The notes under the pieces: model-generated
What the model was told of the DNA's origin: nothing
Databases searched by the model: none
What the model saw: the letters and a program-made list of their open reading frames with translations, nothing else
Part shown: piece after piece, positions 31,583 through 42,070 of the stretch
Numbering within the stretch: the stretch's first letter is position 1
Layout of the letters: each line of letters begins with the position of its first letter
NCBI GenBank assembly: GCA_965224025.1
Contig: OZ245033.1
Span: 768,001-832,000 of the forward strand
DNA from: Candidatus Multivorans sp.
Lineage (GTDB): Bacteria; Acidobacteriota; Thermoanaerobaculia; Multivoradales; Multivoraceae
DNA: 64,000 bases
Reading direction: 5' to 3'
Program-made: the position numbers and the translations under genes

Positions 31583-32427
31583 GAGCGCACCAGGCCGAGT
31601 TCCGGATCACGACGATGGCCCGAGTGCTCGGTGTCTCCACGAGCGGGTACTACGCCTGGTTGAAGCGTGAGCGGTCGGCCAGGGAGAAGTCGGACAGCGC
31701 TCTGGCGGAGCGGGTGCGGGCGATCCACGAACGCAGCCGCGGGACCTACGGAGCGCCGAGGATTCAGGCTGAGTTGGCTGATGAGGGGTTCCCAGTGAGC
31801 CGCAAGCGGGTCGCCAGACTGATGCGAGAGTCCGGTTTGGCGGGCATCAGCCGCCGCAAGCGACCGAAGACGACGCGCCGCGCCCCGTCGGCTCGCCCGG
31901 CGCCTGACCTTGTCGAGCGGGAGTTCACAGCCGAAGGCCCCGACCGGTTGTGGCTCGCGGACATCACCTACGTGCCGACCCTTGCCGGCTTCCTGTACCT
32001 GGCGATCGTCCTTGACGTGTTCAGTCGGCGCATCGTCGGCTGGGCCATGGATTCGTCTCTGGCAACCGACCTCGTGGTCGGCGCGCTGGAGATGGCGATC
32101 GCCCAGCGGAGGCCCGAGGGCGTGATCCACCACTCGGATCAAGGCAGCCAGTACACTTCCCTGACCTTCGGCAAGCGCTGCCGCGACGCCGGCATCGCGC
32201 TCTCGATGGGTTCCGTTGGGGACTGCTACGACAACGCCATGGCCGAGAGCTTCTTCGCCAGCCTCGAATGCGAACTGCTCGACCAGTCCAGCTTTCGGAA
32301 CCATGCCGAAGCCAAGGCCGAGCTCTTCCGGTACATCGAGGGTTGGTACAACACCCACCGTCGTCACTCCGCGATTGGACACTGCTCACCCGTCAACTTC
32401 GAAAAGACCTACCGCGAAGCTGCTTGA
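31579..32427 (+). CDS. IS3 transposase OrfB (DDE)
   Basis: WLADITY, HHSDQGSQY, DNAMAESFF and YNTHRRHS. Confidence 0.95.
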   Translation: MRAHQAEFRITTMARVLGVSTSGYYAWLKRERSAREKSDSALAERVRAIHERSRGTYGAPRIQAELADEGFPVSRKRVARLMRESGLAGISRRKRPKTTRRAPSARPAPDLVEREFTAEGPDRLWLADITYVPTLAGFLYLAIVLDVFSRRIVGWAMDSSLATDLVVGALEMAIAQRRPEGVIHHSDQGSQYTSLTFGKRCRDAGIALSMGSVGDCYDNAMAESFFASLECELLDQSSFRNHAEAKAELFRYIEGWYNTHRRHSAIGHCSPVNFEKTYREAA

Positions 32428-32884
32428 TTCCCCAAACACAAACTGTCCACGAAAACGGGGCAACTCCATGGTACTCAGTACGAAGTCTGTTGGCGGCGCA
32501 GGGCAGATCGGCGGCAGGCGTTGGCGATAGCGGCATGCGGGTGACGTCGCTCTTGCGGGTCACGCGCGTTTGACGCAAAGTCCGACGTGGAAGGGCCTTG
32601 TACCGGACTGGCTGTTTGGTCGCGACGCCGACTCGCATGAGTGGATCGAGGCGAAGTGACAGTTGTTGGTGGTGCATCGGTTGCTGAGCGCTGGTCGCGA
32701 CTGGATCGGGGGCGGCGGCGGCGTGACGGCTCGGGGGTGGCGTTGAGGGCTGGGATGATGGCACAAGGCCAGATGCGGGATGATCGGCCGGGACAGCGGA
32801 ATCGTCCGCGGCCATGCTGGTTGGGCTCCATGATAGTGCGAGCGGGTGCTAGTGCTCCTATCCGTTGTCCAGTCGCACCGCGGT

Positions 32885-34036
32885 TCACGCCCGCCCGTCG
32901 TAGAAGCGTTCACCGAAGCGTTGCAGCTTCTCGTCGTCGATCACGATGCCCAGGCCGGGGCGCTGGGGCAGGTGAACGTAGCCTTCGCCGTCGATCTCCG
33001 TGGTCTCGGCGAGGAGTGCGTCGCGCCCTTCCGTCGTCCAGCCCGGGGGCTCGTAGGGGAACTCGCACCAGTCGCAGTTGGGGCAGGCCGCCATCAGGTG
33101 GAGATTCGCCAGCAGGGCGAAGCCGTTGTTCCAGGTGTGGGCGGCGAAGGCGAGGCTGTTCGCCTCGGCAAGCGCGGCGACACGGCGGCCTTGAGCGATG
33201 CCGCCGAAGAACATCGCGTCGGCCTGGAGGACGTCAAGACACTGCTTCTCGACCAGGAGCCCGTACTCGTTGAACCGCCAGTTCAACTCACCGCCGGCGA
33301 GCGGGATCGAGGTCCGCTGGCGAAGTTCGGCGAGTCCGGCGTAGTTGTTGCGGTCGAGCGGCTCCTCGAGCCAGGTCATGTCGCAGGGCTCGATCGCCTG
33401 GGCGAACGCGGCGGCCGTCTCGACGTCCCACCTCGGTGGAGCGCCGGGACGGAGCGAGAAGTGGAAGCCCTGGTTTGCGTCGACCATCAACGCCAGATCG
33501 GGTCCGACCGCTTCGCGCGCCCGCTCGATGACCGCGACGTCGTCGCGCCAGTCGTGGTGGTGGGCGCGGAGCTTTACGGCTGAAAAGCCCATCTCCTTCA
33601 GTTCGATCAGGTTCTCGGCGCGCTCGTCGGGCGATCGGAGTTCGGAGGTCGAGGCGTAGGCCCTGAGTTTGTGCCTGTCCCCGCCCAGCAACTTGTAGAC
33701 GGGCCGGTCCTGAACCTTGCCCGTGATGTCCCAAAGCGCCGGCTCGAGCCAGGCCAGACGGATGCCGAGGGCCTCCCCGGCGTCGAGGACGCTGCCGAAG
33801 CCCTCGATGTCGAGCGGGTCGCGCCCAAGGATGAAGGGCCCCAGGGCATCGCCGAGGCCAGCGTGAAAGCGGCGCAGGGTCATGCCCGCCGACTCGCCGA
33901 CGACGCCCTGATCCGTCGTCATCCGGACGAAGGTCAGCTCATTGTGCGTTTGCCCGTGGCCGGGCTGCGCGGCGACGTGGAGCGGCGCCGGCAGGGGCGA
34001 CGCGACGTGGTACAGCTCGAGGCGGTCGATCCTCAC
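32885..34036 (-). CDS. Mandelate racemase/muconate lactonizing enzyme family protein
   Basis: ALWDITGK, KLR, MVDANQ, WLEEP and GGE. Confidence 0.9.
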   Translation of the reverse strand: MRIDRLELYHVASPLPAPLHVAAQPGHGQTHNELTFVRMTTDQGVVGESAGMTLRRFHAGLGDALGPFILGRDPLDIEGFGSVLDAGEALGIRLAWLEPALWDITGKVQDRPVYKLLGGDRHKLRAYASTSELRSPDERAENLIELKEMGFSAVKLRAHHHDWRDDVAVIERAREAVGPDLALMVDANQGFHFSLRPGAPPRWDVETAAAFAQAIEPCDMTWLEEPLDRNNYAGLAELRQRTSIPLAGGELNWRFNEYGLLVEKQCLDVLQADAMFFGGIAQGRRVAALAEANSLAFAAHTWNNGFALLANLHLMAACPNCDWCEFPYEPPGWTTEGRDALLAETTEIDGEGYVHLPQRPGLGIVIDDEKLQRFGERFYDGRA

Positions 34037-35073
34037 CGAGGCGGGCTTCCCTCGTTGCCGCCGGAAGCGCCTTCGCCGAACTCGACCGTCTTGAAGTCGA
34101 GTTGGTTGGGTACTCTCGGCGCGTAGCGGCCGCTCTGTTTGGCCCTGGCCAGGTGGTTCTCGGCCTGCGGGTCGGGCCCTCCGGGACGCAGCGCGCGCTG
34201 GAAGAAGCCGAGCACGTTCGTGATCCGCCGTGGGACCGAGCGCCCGGTGTGGGCGGCGCCCCGGACCAGGTGGTATTCGTGCGGGATGGCCGCGTCGAAG
34301 AGCAGGCGATGAACCAGCTCGGCGCTGAGGAACGTAAGGTTCGCGTCCTCGTCGCCGGCCTCCACAAGGAGCTGCAGACCCGATTCGCGAAGCCTGTCCG
34401 CGTTGTCGATGACGATCGTCGGCGGGTGACGCGCCCGCCAGTACTCGATGTCGACGGGATTGCCGAAGCGCTCGTGGAGGAACCGCATCGCGCCGGGACC
34501 GTAGGGCGTGAGGTCGAGGTCGGCGAAGGAGGCCACCGCTGGGAATCCCGGTTCGAGGGCCGCCGCGGCCGCGAACGTCTCGGGGTTGCGGAGGCCGATC
34601 CGGAGCGTGCCCTGGCCCCCCGCGGAGCCGCCGCCGAGCACGGTGCCGGCCCGGTCCTGCGCCACGTTGTAGTGACCTCGGACGTGGGGCAGCAGCTCCT
34701 GGAGTATGAAGGTCTCCCAGCTCTTCCCACCGCCCTTCCAGTCGATGTAGTAGGAGCCGCCTGTGATCGGAGTGACGACCACGATGTGCTCGATCGTTCC
34801 CTCATCCCAGGCGCGTTCGAGATGGGCGCGAAGACGGCGCTCCAGGTTGCCCTCGCCGCTGGAGCCGCCGTGAAGCCAGAGCAGGAGCGGGTAGGGTTCC
34901 GCACGTTCCGGGTCATAGGCCGGCGGCAGCAGGAGATCGAACCGCGGCTCGCCGGGCACCAGGTCGCTGGCGAGGGCGTGGTTCGTGAGACTGGACTCCT
35001 GCCCGGAACTCGCCGTGGCGCCCAGGAGGAGGGCGAGCATCGGGAGTGTGCTGATTTGTGAAACTCGGCGCAT
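34033..35073 (-). CDS. Secreted esterase (alpha/beta hydrolase)
   Basis: YPLLLWLHG, GGSAGG, GDED and AAHT; signal peptide; GAGGAGG RBS. Confidence 0.85.
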   Translation of the reverse strand: MRRVSQISTLPMLALLLGATASSGQESSLTNHALASDLVPGEPRFDLLLPPAYDPERAEPYPLLLWLHGGSSGEGNLERRLRAHLERAWDEGTIEHIVVVTPITGGSYYIDWKGGGKSWETFILQELLPHVRGHYNVAQDRAGTVLGGGSAGGQGTLRIGLRNPETFAAAAALEPGFPAVASFADLDLTPYGPGAMRFLHERFGNPVDIEYWRARHPPTIVIDNADRLRESGLQLLVEAGDEDANLTFLSAELVHRLLFDAAIPHEYHLVRGAAHTGRSVPRRITNVLGFFQRALRPGGPDPQAENHLARAKQSGRYAPRVPNQLDFKTVEFGEGASGGNEGSPPR

Positions 35074-35159
35074 GATCGGACCTCCTCGTTCGTAACGGGT
35101 GCGTTGTGGACGTAGGCTCTCCAGTCTACGCATTGAGCCCGCAGGAAGGCCCGCCCCGC

Positions 35160-36680
35160 ATGAACGCAGCACGACTCGCCATCGAGAGCCTCGCCCGCTT
35201 TGGCGTCTATGACGCCGTTCGCTTCAAGGGGAAGACCAGGACGAACGAAGAGCAGGAACTCCTCGCCCGCAAGCTCGCGGCCGTGCTCCGGGCGCGCGGT
35301 GTCCGCCCCGGCGACCGCGTCGTCGTCATGATGCCGAACTGTCCCGAGATCTTCTGCGCCTTCCAGGCGGTGTGGAAGATCGGCGCCGTCATCCTGCCGG
35401 TGATGCCCCAACTCGGAGAGCGCGAAGTCGGCTACCTGCTCGAAGACTCGGGGGCCAGGGTCGCCCTGGTGGCGCCGGTCCTCGCTCCGGTCGTCGACGC
35501 GGCCCGGGGCGCCGCCCCGACCTGCGAGGCGCTCCTCAGCCTCGGTCCGGCCGAAGTCGCCGGCGTGACGGACATCACCTGCGAGATCGAGGCGGCGGAG
35601 CCGATCGACTCACTGGTCGAGCGGGCTGGCGACGACCTGGCTCTCCTGCTCTACACCTCGGGCACGACCGGCCGGCCCAAGGGGGTGATGCTCACCCACG
35701 ACAACATCCTCTGGTCGTCGCAGCAGATCGCCGGCATGGCCGAGATGCCGGAGGGAATGCCGATCCTGCACGTCATGCCGATGGCCCACTCCTTCGGCGT
35801 CCTGATGATGTGCGTCGGCTTCGTCAAGGGCTTCGAGGCGACGGTGATGGTGCGCTGGGACACGCGGCAGGTGTTCGAGAACGTCGAGCGTCACCGGATC
35901 GAGCGTCTGGGCATGGTGCCGACGATGCTCACCTACCTGCTCGACTTCCCGGAGCGGGAGCGCTTCGACATCAGTTCACTGAGCTGGGTGTGGTCGGGCG
36001 GCGCCGCGCTCGCCAACGAGGTCCGGCTCGACTTCGAGCGCGAGTTCGACTGCACCGTCCGCGACGGCTACGGACTGACCGAGTCCACCGCGGTCGCGAC
36101 CGCCTACTCGGACACCGATGAGTACCGAACGGGCTCCTGTGGCCGCGCGGTCGACGGCGTCGAGGTGGCTCTCATGGACGACGACCACAACCGGATGCCT
36201 GCCGAAACGCCGGGGGAGGTCTGCATCCGCGGCCGGAACGTGATGAAGGGCTACTGGGGCAGTGCCGAGGCGACCGCCGAGACCGTCCGCGACGGCTGGC
36301 TGCACTCGGGCGACATCGGCCACATGGACGCGGACGGTTTCCTGCGCATCACGGACCGAAAGAAGGACCTGATCATCAAGGGCGGCGAGAACATCTCACC
36401 TCGCGAGATCGAGGAGGCGCTCTACGAGCACCCGGCGATCTCGGAGGTCGCCGTCGTTGCGGTACCGCACGGGAAGTACGGCGAGGACATTTGGGCGGCG
36501 GTGGCGTTCAAACCCGGCGCCGCCGTCAGCGAGGAAGAGCTCCGCGCCCACACGGCGGGCTTCGTGACCCGGTTCAAGATCCCGAGCCGCTTCGTGGTCC
36601 AGCCCGAGCTGCCCAAGAACGCGGTCGGCAAGATTCTGAAGCGCGAGGTGCGGGAGAGGTTGCTCCGCGAGTTGTCCTAG
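35160..36680 (+). CDS. Long-chain acyl-CoA ligase (AMP-forming)
   Basis: YTSGTTGRPKG, GYGLTE, SGDIG and PKNAVGK. Confidence 0.92.
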   Translation: MNAARLAIESLARFGVYDAVRFKGKTRTNEEQELLARKLAAVLRARGVRPGDRVVVMMPNCPEIFCAFQAVWKIGAVILPVMPQLGEREVGYLLEDSGARVALVAPVLAPVVDAARGAAPTCEALLSLGPAEVAGVTDITCEIEAAEPIDSLVERAGDDLALLLYTSGTTGRPKGVMLTHDNILWSSQQIAGMAEMPEGMPILHVMPMAHSFGVLMMCVGFVKGFEATVMVRWDTRQVFENVERHRIERLGMVPTMLTYLLDFPERERFDISSLSWVWSGGAALANEVRLDFEREFDCTVRDGYGLTESTAVATAYSDTDEYRTGSCGRAVDGVEVALMDDDHNRMPAETPGEVCIRGRNVMKGYWGSAEATAETVRDGWLHSGDIGHMDADGFLRITDRKKDLIIKGGENISPREIEEALYEHPAISEVAVVAVPHGKYGEDIWAAVAFKPGAAVSEEELRAHTAGFVTRFKIPSRFVVQPELPKNAVGKILKREVRERLLRELS

Positions 36681-36699
36681 CAATTTGCGGGGCTCCGCC

Positions 36700-36786
36700 C
36701 CTGGGAACCCGGGTGGCGCGATCCGCGCCACCCGCGAACCACTCCGTGCGCCCGTCATCGAGGTGCACGGATGAAACGCGGGCGTC
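36700..36786. repeat. ~85-bp intergenic repeat, copy 2
   Basis: Inverted copy of 7920-8005, lying between convergent genes. Confidence 0.85.
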
Positions 36787-36800
36787 TCGCCCGCATCCGC

Positions 36801-37706
36801 TCAGATCCCCGGATCCACCCCCGTCATCTCCACCGACAACTCCCACAACCGCTTGCCGAGTTCCGGATCGCGGCTGGTCGGATTCGACCACGCCTTGGTG
36901 GCTGGGCCGCTCAACTCTCCGAATCGTGCCGGTCCGAGATAGTCCCCTCCGCCGACGCCGGGCGCGGTCGCCGCCATGAGGGTCGGCCATGCACCCATCG
37001 CCTGGGTGTTGAAGAAGGCGCGGACCAGGGGCGCCGCGTACTGGATCAGGGGGAAGTGGCGGCCAATCTCGGTCTGGGCAAGGCCGGGATGGCAGGCGAC
37101 GGCGATCGTTCCAGACGCGCGGGCCTTGAGCCGCCGGTCGAGCTCATTCATGAACAGCAGGTTGGCCAGCTTGCTCTGCTGGTAGCGGGCCTGGCGCGAG
37201 TACACCTTCGCGCCGTCGATGTCCTCCCAGTGGATGCGGCCGCCGCGGTGGGCAAGGCTGGCGGTGATGACGACCCGGCTGCCCTCGGTTTCCTCGAGCT
37301 TCGGCAGGAGGCGCCCGGTGAGCGCGAACGTGCCCAGGTGGTTGACGGCGAACTGCGACTCGAAACCGTCCACGGTCAGGGTCCGGGGCGGCGCCATGAT
37401 GCCGGCGTTGTTGACGAGCACGTCAAGGCGCGGTTCGGAGGACACCTGTTCAGCCGCGGCGCGGACGCTCGCGAGGTCCGCTTGGTCGAGCGGCAGGAAC
37501 TCGACGTCGGCTTCGGGCGACTCGGCGCGGATCTTCGAGATCGCGTCCGCGGCGCGCTGCTCGGAGCGGCATCCCAGCAGCACGCGGCCGCCGCGCCTCG
37601 CCAGCACCTCCGCCGTCTCGAAGCCGATGCCGGTGTTCGCTCCGGTGACGAGGAACGTCCGGCCCGACTGGTCGGGCACGTCGCGGTCGGTGAATCCCTG
37701 GGGCAT
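36801..37706 (-). CDS. Short-chain dehydrogenase/reductase (retinol dehydrogenase-like)
   Basis: TGANTGIG, NNAG and YQQSK. Confidence 0.92.
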   Translation of the reverse strand: MPQGFTDRDVPDQSGRTFLVTGANTGIGFETAEVLARRGGRVLLGCRSEQRAADAISKIRAESPEADVEFLPLDQADLASVRAAAEQVSSEPRLDVLVNNAGIMAPPRTLTVDGFESQFAVNHLGTFALTGRLLPKLEETEGSRVVITASLAHRGGRIHWEDIDGAKVYSRQARYQQSKLANLLFMNELDRRLKARASGTIAVACHPGLAQTEIGRHFPLIQYAAPLVRAFFNTQAMGAWPTLMAATAPGVGGGDYLGPARFGELSGPATKAWSNPTSRDPELGKRLWELSVEMTGVDPGI

Positions 37707-37754
37707 GAGCGTCGTCTCCTCGTTCGTTCGTGCGGATTTCGCCAGCGGCGGGGG

Positions 37755-37780
37755 GCCGGCGGGGACGCCGGCGCACCCGG
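37755..37780 (+). repeat. REP-like repeat copy
   Basis: GCCGGCGGGGACGCCGGCGCACCCGG. Confidence 0.75.
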
Positions 37781-37850
37781 TATCAAGGAAGGGGGCCGAC
37801 GTTACCCTGAGCGAGGGAGAGCCACGCGCCCCGCGTCCACGTTGAAGACG

Positions 37851-38135
37851 CTACTGATACGCAGAACCTCGGTGAGCGGCAGTCAGAAGGAAGACGATCC
37901 GCACCTCTTCGTCGATCTCGTAGAAGAAGCGCCAGGCGCCGATGCGGTAGCGCCAGGTGGGCGGCTTATAGCCTTTGAGGTGCCGAATGTGCGGACCCAT
38001 GTGGGGATGCTGACGCAACTGGGGGTACACGACCCTCGTCAGCTTGTCGACGACGGCTCGATGGCCGGCGCGGGAGATCCGGCGTAGGTCGCGATTGAAC
38101 TGCTCGGTCTCAAAGAGCCGATAGTCAGTCAACAA
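37851..38135 (-). CDS. RelE/ParE-family toxin
   Basis: WRYRIGAWRFFYEID..HRGSAY; overlaps the antitoxin gene. Confidence 0.85.
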   Translation of the reverse strand: MLTDYRLFETEQFNRDLRRISRAGHRAVVDKLTRVVYPQLRQHPHMGPHIRHLKGYKPPTWRYRIGAWRFFYEIDEEVRIVFLLTAAHRGSAYQ

Positions 38136-38367
38136 ACGAGCCTTTGCGCCGCGCCGCGTCGCGCGAGCCCGCTTTTAGCCGGTGGAGCAGCGACTCGTCC
38201 TCCAGAATCTCGGCCATCTCCGCGTCGTCCACGAACTGCTGCTCGCGTACCTTGGCGAGCGCCGCTGTCTGGATGAGATTCGACAAAGGCCTATTCTCGG
38301 CGCGTGCGGCTTCCTTGAACTCCTCGTAAGTCGCCTCGTCAAGCCTCAGCGTGACCGTCTTGCTCAT
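38125..38367 (-). CDS. Ribbon-helix-helix (CopG-like) antitoxin
   Basis: MSKTVTLRLD..AARAENRPLSNLI. Confidence 0.8.
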   Translation of the reverse strand: MSKTVTLRLDEATYEEFKEAARAENRPLSNLIQTAALAKVREQQFVDDAEMAEILEDESLLHRLKAGSRDAARRKGSFVD

Positions 38368-38543
38368 GGCGAACACAGTAGCATGCAGATGTATTCGTAT
38401 CGAGTACATGGAGTGGCGACTGCGGAGACATAGACACTCGTGACCGGCGACGCCTCGCCGCTACCACTTGCGGTCGGCAGCGCGATGAGGAAGGCTCAGC
38501 GCCCACACTCCACATTCAGCCCATGCCCGCGGAGACTCCTGCC

Positions 38544-39419
38544 ATGTCTGAAATCCGCATGCGCCAGATCTGCCTGGTCGCCCACGATTTCGATCGCATT
38601 CAACAGCAGGTCGAGTCGGTGTTCGGCGTCGAGGTCTGTTACCGCGACCCCGGTGTGGGGAAGTACGGGTTGCACAACTTCCTCAGCCTTTCCGGCCAGT
38701 CGATTCGGCTGCCCTTCCTTCAGAGACACGGAACGACCCTCGACCAGCTTGCCCTCGTTTCGGTGAAGAACCACTGGAACGGCGCCCGCAACCCGAACGC
38801 GCAGTTCCAGAGGGAGTGCACGGCCGAGGACGTGCACGCCGCACCGCCGATCGCCGATCCCTTCACCACGTTGCACTGCTGTCCGCTCGGCGAGGGCGCC
38901 GCTGCCGCGGTCGTGGTGTCGGAGGACGGCCTGCGCCGGCTCGGCATCGACAAGGACCGTGCGGTCCGCGTCCTGTGCTCGATCGCCAACAGCGAGCCCC
39001 TCACGCCGCCCGGCGAATCCCCCAATGTCGGGATCACGCGCGACGCGGTCTCGAAGGCCTACGACGAGACGGCTCTGGGCCCGGGCGATCTCGACGTGAT
39101 CGAACTCCACGAAGCCTTCACCATCGAAGAGATCCTCTATGTCGAGGCGATGGGTCTGTGCGCCGAGGGCGAAGGGGGCCCGTTCACCGAGTCGCGGGCC
39201 ACCTGGATCGGCGGCGGCTGAGCGGTCAATCCGTCGGGAGGCCTGCTCGCCATGGGACATCCGTTCGGGCCGACCGGGCTCGGTCAGATCGCCGAGATCA
39301 CCTGCCAGTTGCGGGGCGAAGCCGGCGCCCGTCAGCAGAAAGGCGCCCGTCTCGGGCTGGCCCACGTGGTCGGCGTCGGTGAAGTCTGCGTCGTCCACAT
39401 CCTGAGCAGGGATGGCTGA
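38544..39419 (+). pseudogene. Chimera of a VOC/glyoxalase-like N-terminus and a thiolase (SCP2-type) C-terminal half, with internal TGA
   Basis: MRQICLVA..RDPGVGKYGLHN joined to KNH..G..NPNAQ, IELHEAF and NPSGGLLAMGHP. The stop is at 39219-39221. Confidence 0.75.
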
Positions 39420-39424
39420 GACAA

Positions 39425-39709
39425 CTACGCCGAGAACCGGAGCTTCAAGCCGCAGGCCGCGGTGACTTTCGTGAGCGTGTCGAGTCTTGGGTTCCTACGG
39501 CCCGACAAGGCGCGGGAAAGCGCCACCCGGTCCAGCTCGGCTTGGCGGGCCACTGCGGATATTCCACCCTGCGCCTCGGCCACGTTGCGAAACGCCTTCA
39601 TGAGCAGGCGCGGATCGTCGCCCATCTCCTCCAGCGCCGCATTCAGGTAGGCGGCCGCGTCCTCCGGCGCCTTGAGATAGTCACTGGCCTTATGAGCTTT
39701 CACGGGCAT
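39425..39709 (-). CDS. Addiction module antidote protein (HTH, HigA-like)
   Basis: DYLK..AAAYLNAALE..GGISAVA..LSRALS..NPRLDTL. Confidence 0.85.
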   Translation of the reverse strand: MPVKAHKASDYLKAPEDAAAYLNAALEEMGDDPRLLMKAFRNVAEAQGGISAVARQAELDRVALSRALSGRRNPRLDTLTKVTAACGLKLRFSA

Positions 39710-39713
39710 TTCG

Positions 39714-40026
39714 CTTCTCCTGCTTGTACGCTGCGAACGCAGACGCGCCGCTGTGATGTCAGCCGCCTGGCCCTTCTTCACGCCGCCCCCCAACAGAATC
39801 ACGAGCGTCTCACCGTCGCGACCAAGTAGAGCCGATACCCGGGGCCGCTGTCGATCCGAAGCTCCGAGACTCCGCCACCCACTCTCTTGTGATCTCCGAA
39901 GTTGCCGAGCTCCATGCGGTCGATCCGTGTCTGGACGCGGGCCCGAGCCTCACGCGATTGTCGTCGAAACCAAGTGTCGAAGTAATCTCTGCCGTCCTCG
40001 GAGACGTAGTGGACGACCCGGATCAA
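39714..40026 (-). pseudogene. Addiction module killer protein (RelE/HigB-like), frameshifted
   Basis: GNFGD.K.VG.GVSELRID.GPGYRLY, then a shift near 39822 to GRDGETLVILLGGG.K..Q..DI. Confidence 0.8.
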
Positions 40027-40181
40027 GCACCAGATCGTAGCCAACTGGCTACAGTTCTGTCAACGACTCGTCGCTAGCCACAGGAGCCGAGAATCATGCG
40101 CATCGAAGGACACCGGCGGCGGTACGCCTCTACGTGTTCGACGGTAGACGCGTCCAAAAGCCGCTGCAGGGAGATATCAGC

Positions 40182-41150
40182 ATGAAGTACACGAAGTTGG
40201 GAAGTTCCGGTCTCGAGGTCTCCCGGATCTGCCTCGGGTGCATGAGCTTCGGCGAGAAGTCGCCCGGGGCTCACGACTGGAGCCTCGACGAAGCGAGCAG
40301 CCGTTCGATCATCGAGCGGGCGCTCGACCTGGGCATCAACTTCTTCGACACGGCGAATGCGTACTCGCGCGGTTCGAGCGAGGAGATCACGGGAACGGCC
40401 TTGCGGGACATGGCCGACCGCGACGAGGTCGTGATCGCGACCAAGGTCTACTTCCCGATCCGCCGGGGACGTAACGCCCGCGGGCTCTCTCGCAAGGCGA
40501 TCATGACCGAGGTCGACGCGTCGCTGCGCCGTCTGGGCACCGACTACATCGACCTCTACCAGATCCACCGCTGGGACAACCGGACGTCGATCGAAGAGAC
40601 GCTTGGAGCACTCCACGACGTGGTGACCTCGGGCAAGGTCCGCTACATCGGCGCCTCGTCGATGTGGGCGTGGCAGTTCAGCAAGGCGCTCTACACCAGC
40701 GAGATGCGTGGTCTCTCCAAGTTCATCAGCATGCAGAACCAGTACAGCCTGCTCCAGCGCGAAGAAGAGCGCGAGATGCACCCGCTCTGTGCCGACCAGG
40801 GGGTCGGGACGATCCCGTGGAGCCCGCTGGGCCGGGGTCTCCTGACCCGTGACTGGGACGAGACGACGCGCCGGTCGAAGAGCGACCGGATGACCGCGAG
40901 GCGCTTCGACGAGGCGAAGGATCGACCGATCGTCGAGCGCGTGGCAGAGGTGGCGCGGGAGAAGGGGGTCTCGCGAGCCCAGGTCGCGCTGGCCTGGGTG
41001 CTGGCCAACCCAGTCGTCGCGTCGCCGATCGTCGGCGTCACGAAGATGAGCCATCTCGAAGAGGCGGTGGCGGCGCTTGAGGTCGAGCTCACGGCCGCGG
41101 AGAAGAAGCGGCTCGAGGAGGTCTACACGCTCCGGGCGAACCTCTTCTGA
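40182..41150 (+). CDS. Aldo/keto reductase
   Basis: [24 protein letters not shown] and WSPLGRG. Confidence 0.93.
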   Translation: MKYTKLGSSGLEVSRICLGCMSFGEKSPGAHDWSLDEASSRSIIERALDLGINFFDTANAYSRGSSEEITGTALRDMADRDEVVIATKVYFPIRRGRNARGLSRKAIMTEVDASLRRLGTDYIDLYQIHRWDNRTSIEETLGALHDVVTSGKVRYIGASSMWAWQFSKALYTSEMRGLSKFISMQNQYSLLQREEEREMHPLCADQGVGTIPWSPLGRGLLTRDWDETTRRSKSDRMTARRFDEAKDRPIVERVAEVAREKGVSRAQVALAWVLANPVVASPIVGVTKMSHLEEAVAALEVELTAAEKKRLEEVYTLRANLF

Positions 41151-41174
41151 GAGGCAAGCGGCAGACGGGGTCGT

Positions 41175-41981
41175 CTACGTCGCGGCCTTGTGCCGTGTCC
41201 CCGGGGCCGGTGGCGTCTCGGGCGCGCCCGCGAAACACTGCGCCATGCCCATCCACTCGGTGGCGATGGGTCCCACAACCTCCAGTGACGTGTCGGCGAC
41301 GTTGCGCACCTGGGTGACCACCTGGGCGAAGTCGACGGCCTTCCCGCTGATCACGTTGGACGCTTCCTCCACGTTCCAGGTCCAGATCTCGCCGGACGGG
41401 GCCGTAAGACGCAGGCACGGAACGACCTCGGGCGGCCTAAGTCCGCGCACGGCGTAGGTCCAGCCGAAGGTGTTGAGCCCCAGGAAGACGATGTTCTTGA
41501 TCCTGTCGGTCTCCTGACGGTCGAGGCCGAGCACGTCGAAGACCTCCTGGCCGTGCGCCCAGGTCTCCATCTGCCTTGCGGTGATCGAGCTGCGCACACT
41601 CATCGACGGTCCGAACCACTCCGCGCGCTGCCTCGGATCGACCCCGTCGAGCCGGGCGCACATCCGCGGGTAGTACTCGCGCCAGATGTCGTAGACGGCA
41701 CTGTTGCGCTTGCCCTCGAACCATTCGTCGGTCAGCTCGCGGAGGGTGAGCCGGCCGCGCCGCGCCGCCATGAACTGCTTGAAGTCCTCGAAGGCCGAAA
41801 GGTCCTGGATCGAGGCGTCGGCGGCGTAGTTGAAGATGTGGAGGTGGGCGACGACATCGTGAAGGGTCCACTCCTTGAAGAGGGTGGCTCGCTCGAAGTC
41901 GTCGTCCGACAGCGGCGCCAGGACCTCCGCCAGACAGTCGCACTCGGCTTGGAAGTCGGCGACCTGCTGAAGACTGCTCAA
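41175..41981 (-). CDS. TIGR03084-like metal-binding protein (DinB/MDMPI fold)
   Basis: WTLHDVVAHL, TARQMETWAHGQ and AQCFAG; TTG start after a GAAGGAG RBS. Confidence 0.85.
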   Translation of the reverse strand: MSSLQQVADFQAECDCLAEVLAPLSDDDFERATLFKEWTLHDVVAHLHIFNYAADASIQDLSAFEDFKQFMAARRGRLTLRELTDEWFEGKRNSAVYDIWREYYPRMCARLDGVDPRQRAEWFGPSMSVRSSITARQMETWAHGQEVFDVLGLDRQETDRIKNIVFLGLNTFGWTYAVRGLRPPEVVPCLRLTAPSGEIWTWNVEEASNVISGKAVDFAQVVTQVRNVADTSLEVVGPIATEWMGMAQCFAGAPETPPAPGTRHKAAT

Positions 41982-42070
41982 CTCGTCTCCTTCGCTGGGA
42001 TGGGTCACTGGAACTCGCCGAGGCGAGCGCGGCAGTGTCGTCGCCGCTTCGCGGCGCGTGTCTCTCGGAA

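Larger units (their letters stand above)
31219..32468 (+). mobile_element. IS3-family element (1250 bp), no target duplication
   Basis: Inverted repeats TGAGGTTGCCCCGGTTTCGTGGACA and TGTCCACGAAAACGGGGCAACTCCA. Confidence 0.95.

Noticed and set aside
39219-39221. Selenocysteine or stop-codon recoding of in-frame TGA/TAG codons
   Set aside because: The stops fall at non-catalytic positions in decayed or duplicated genes, and TAG and TGA end normal genes in this window.
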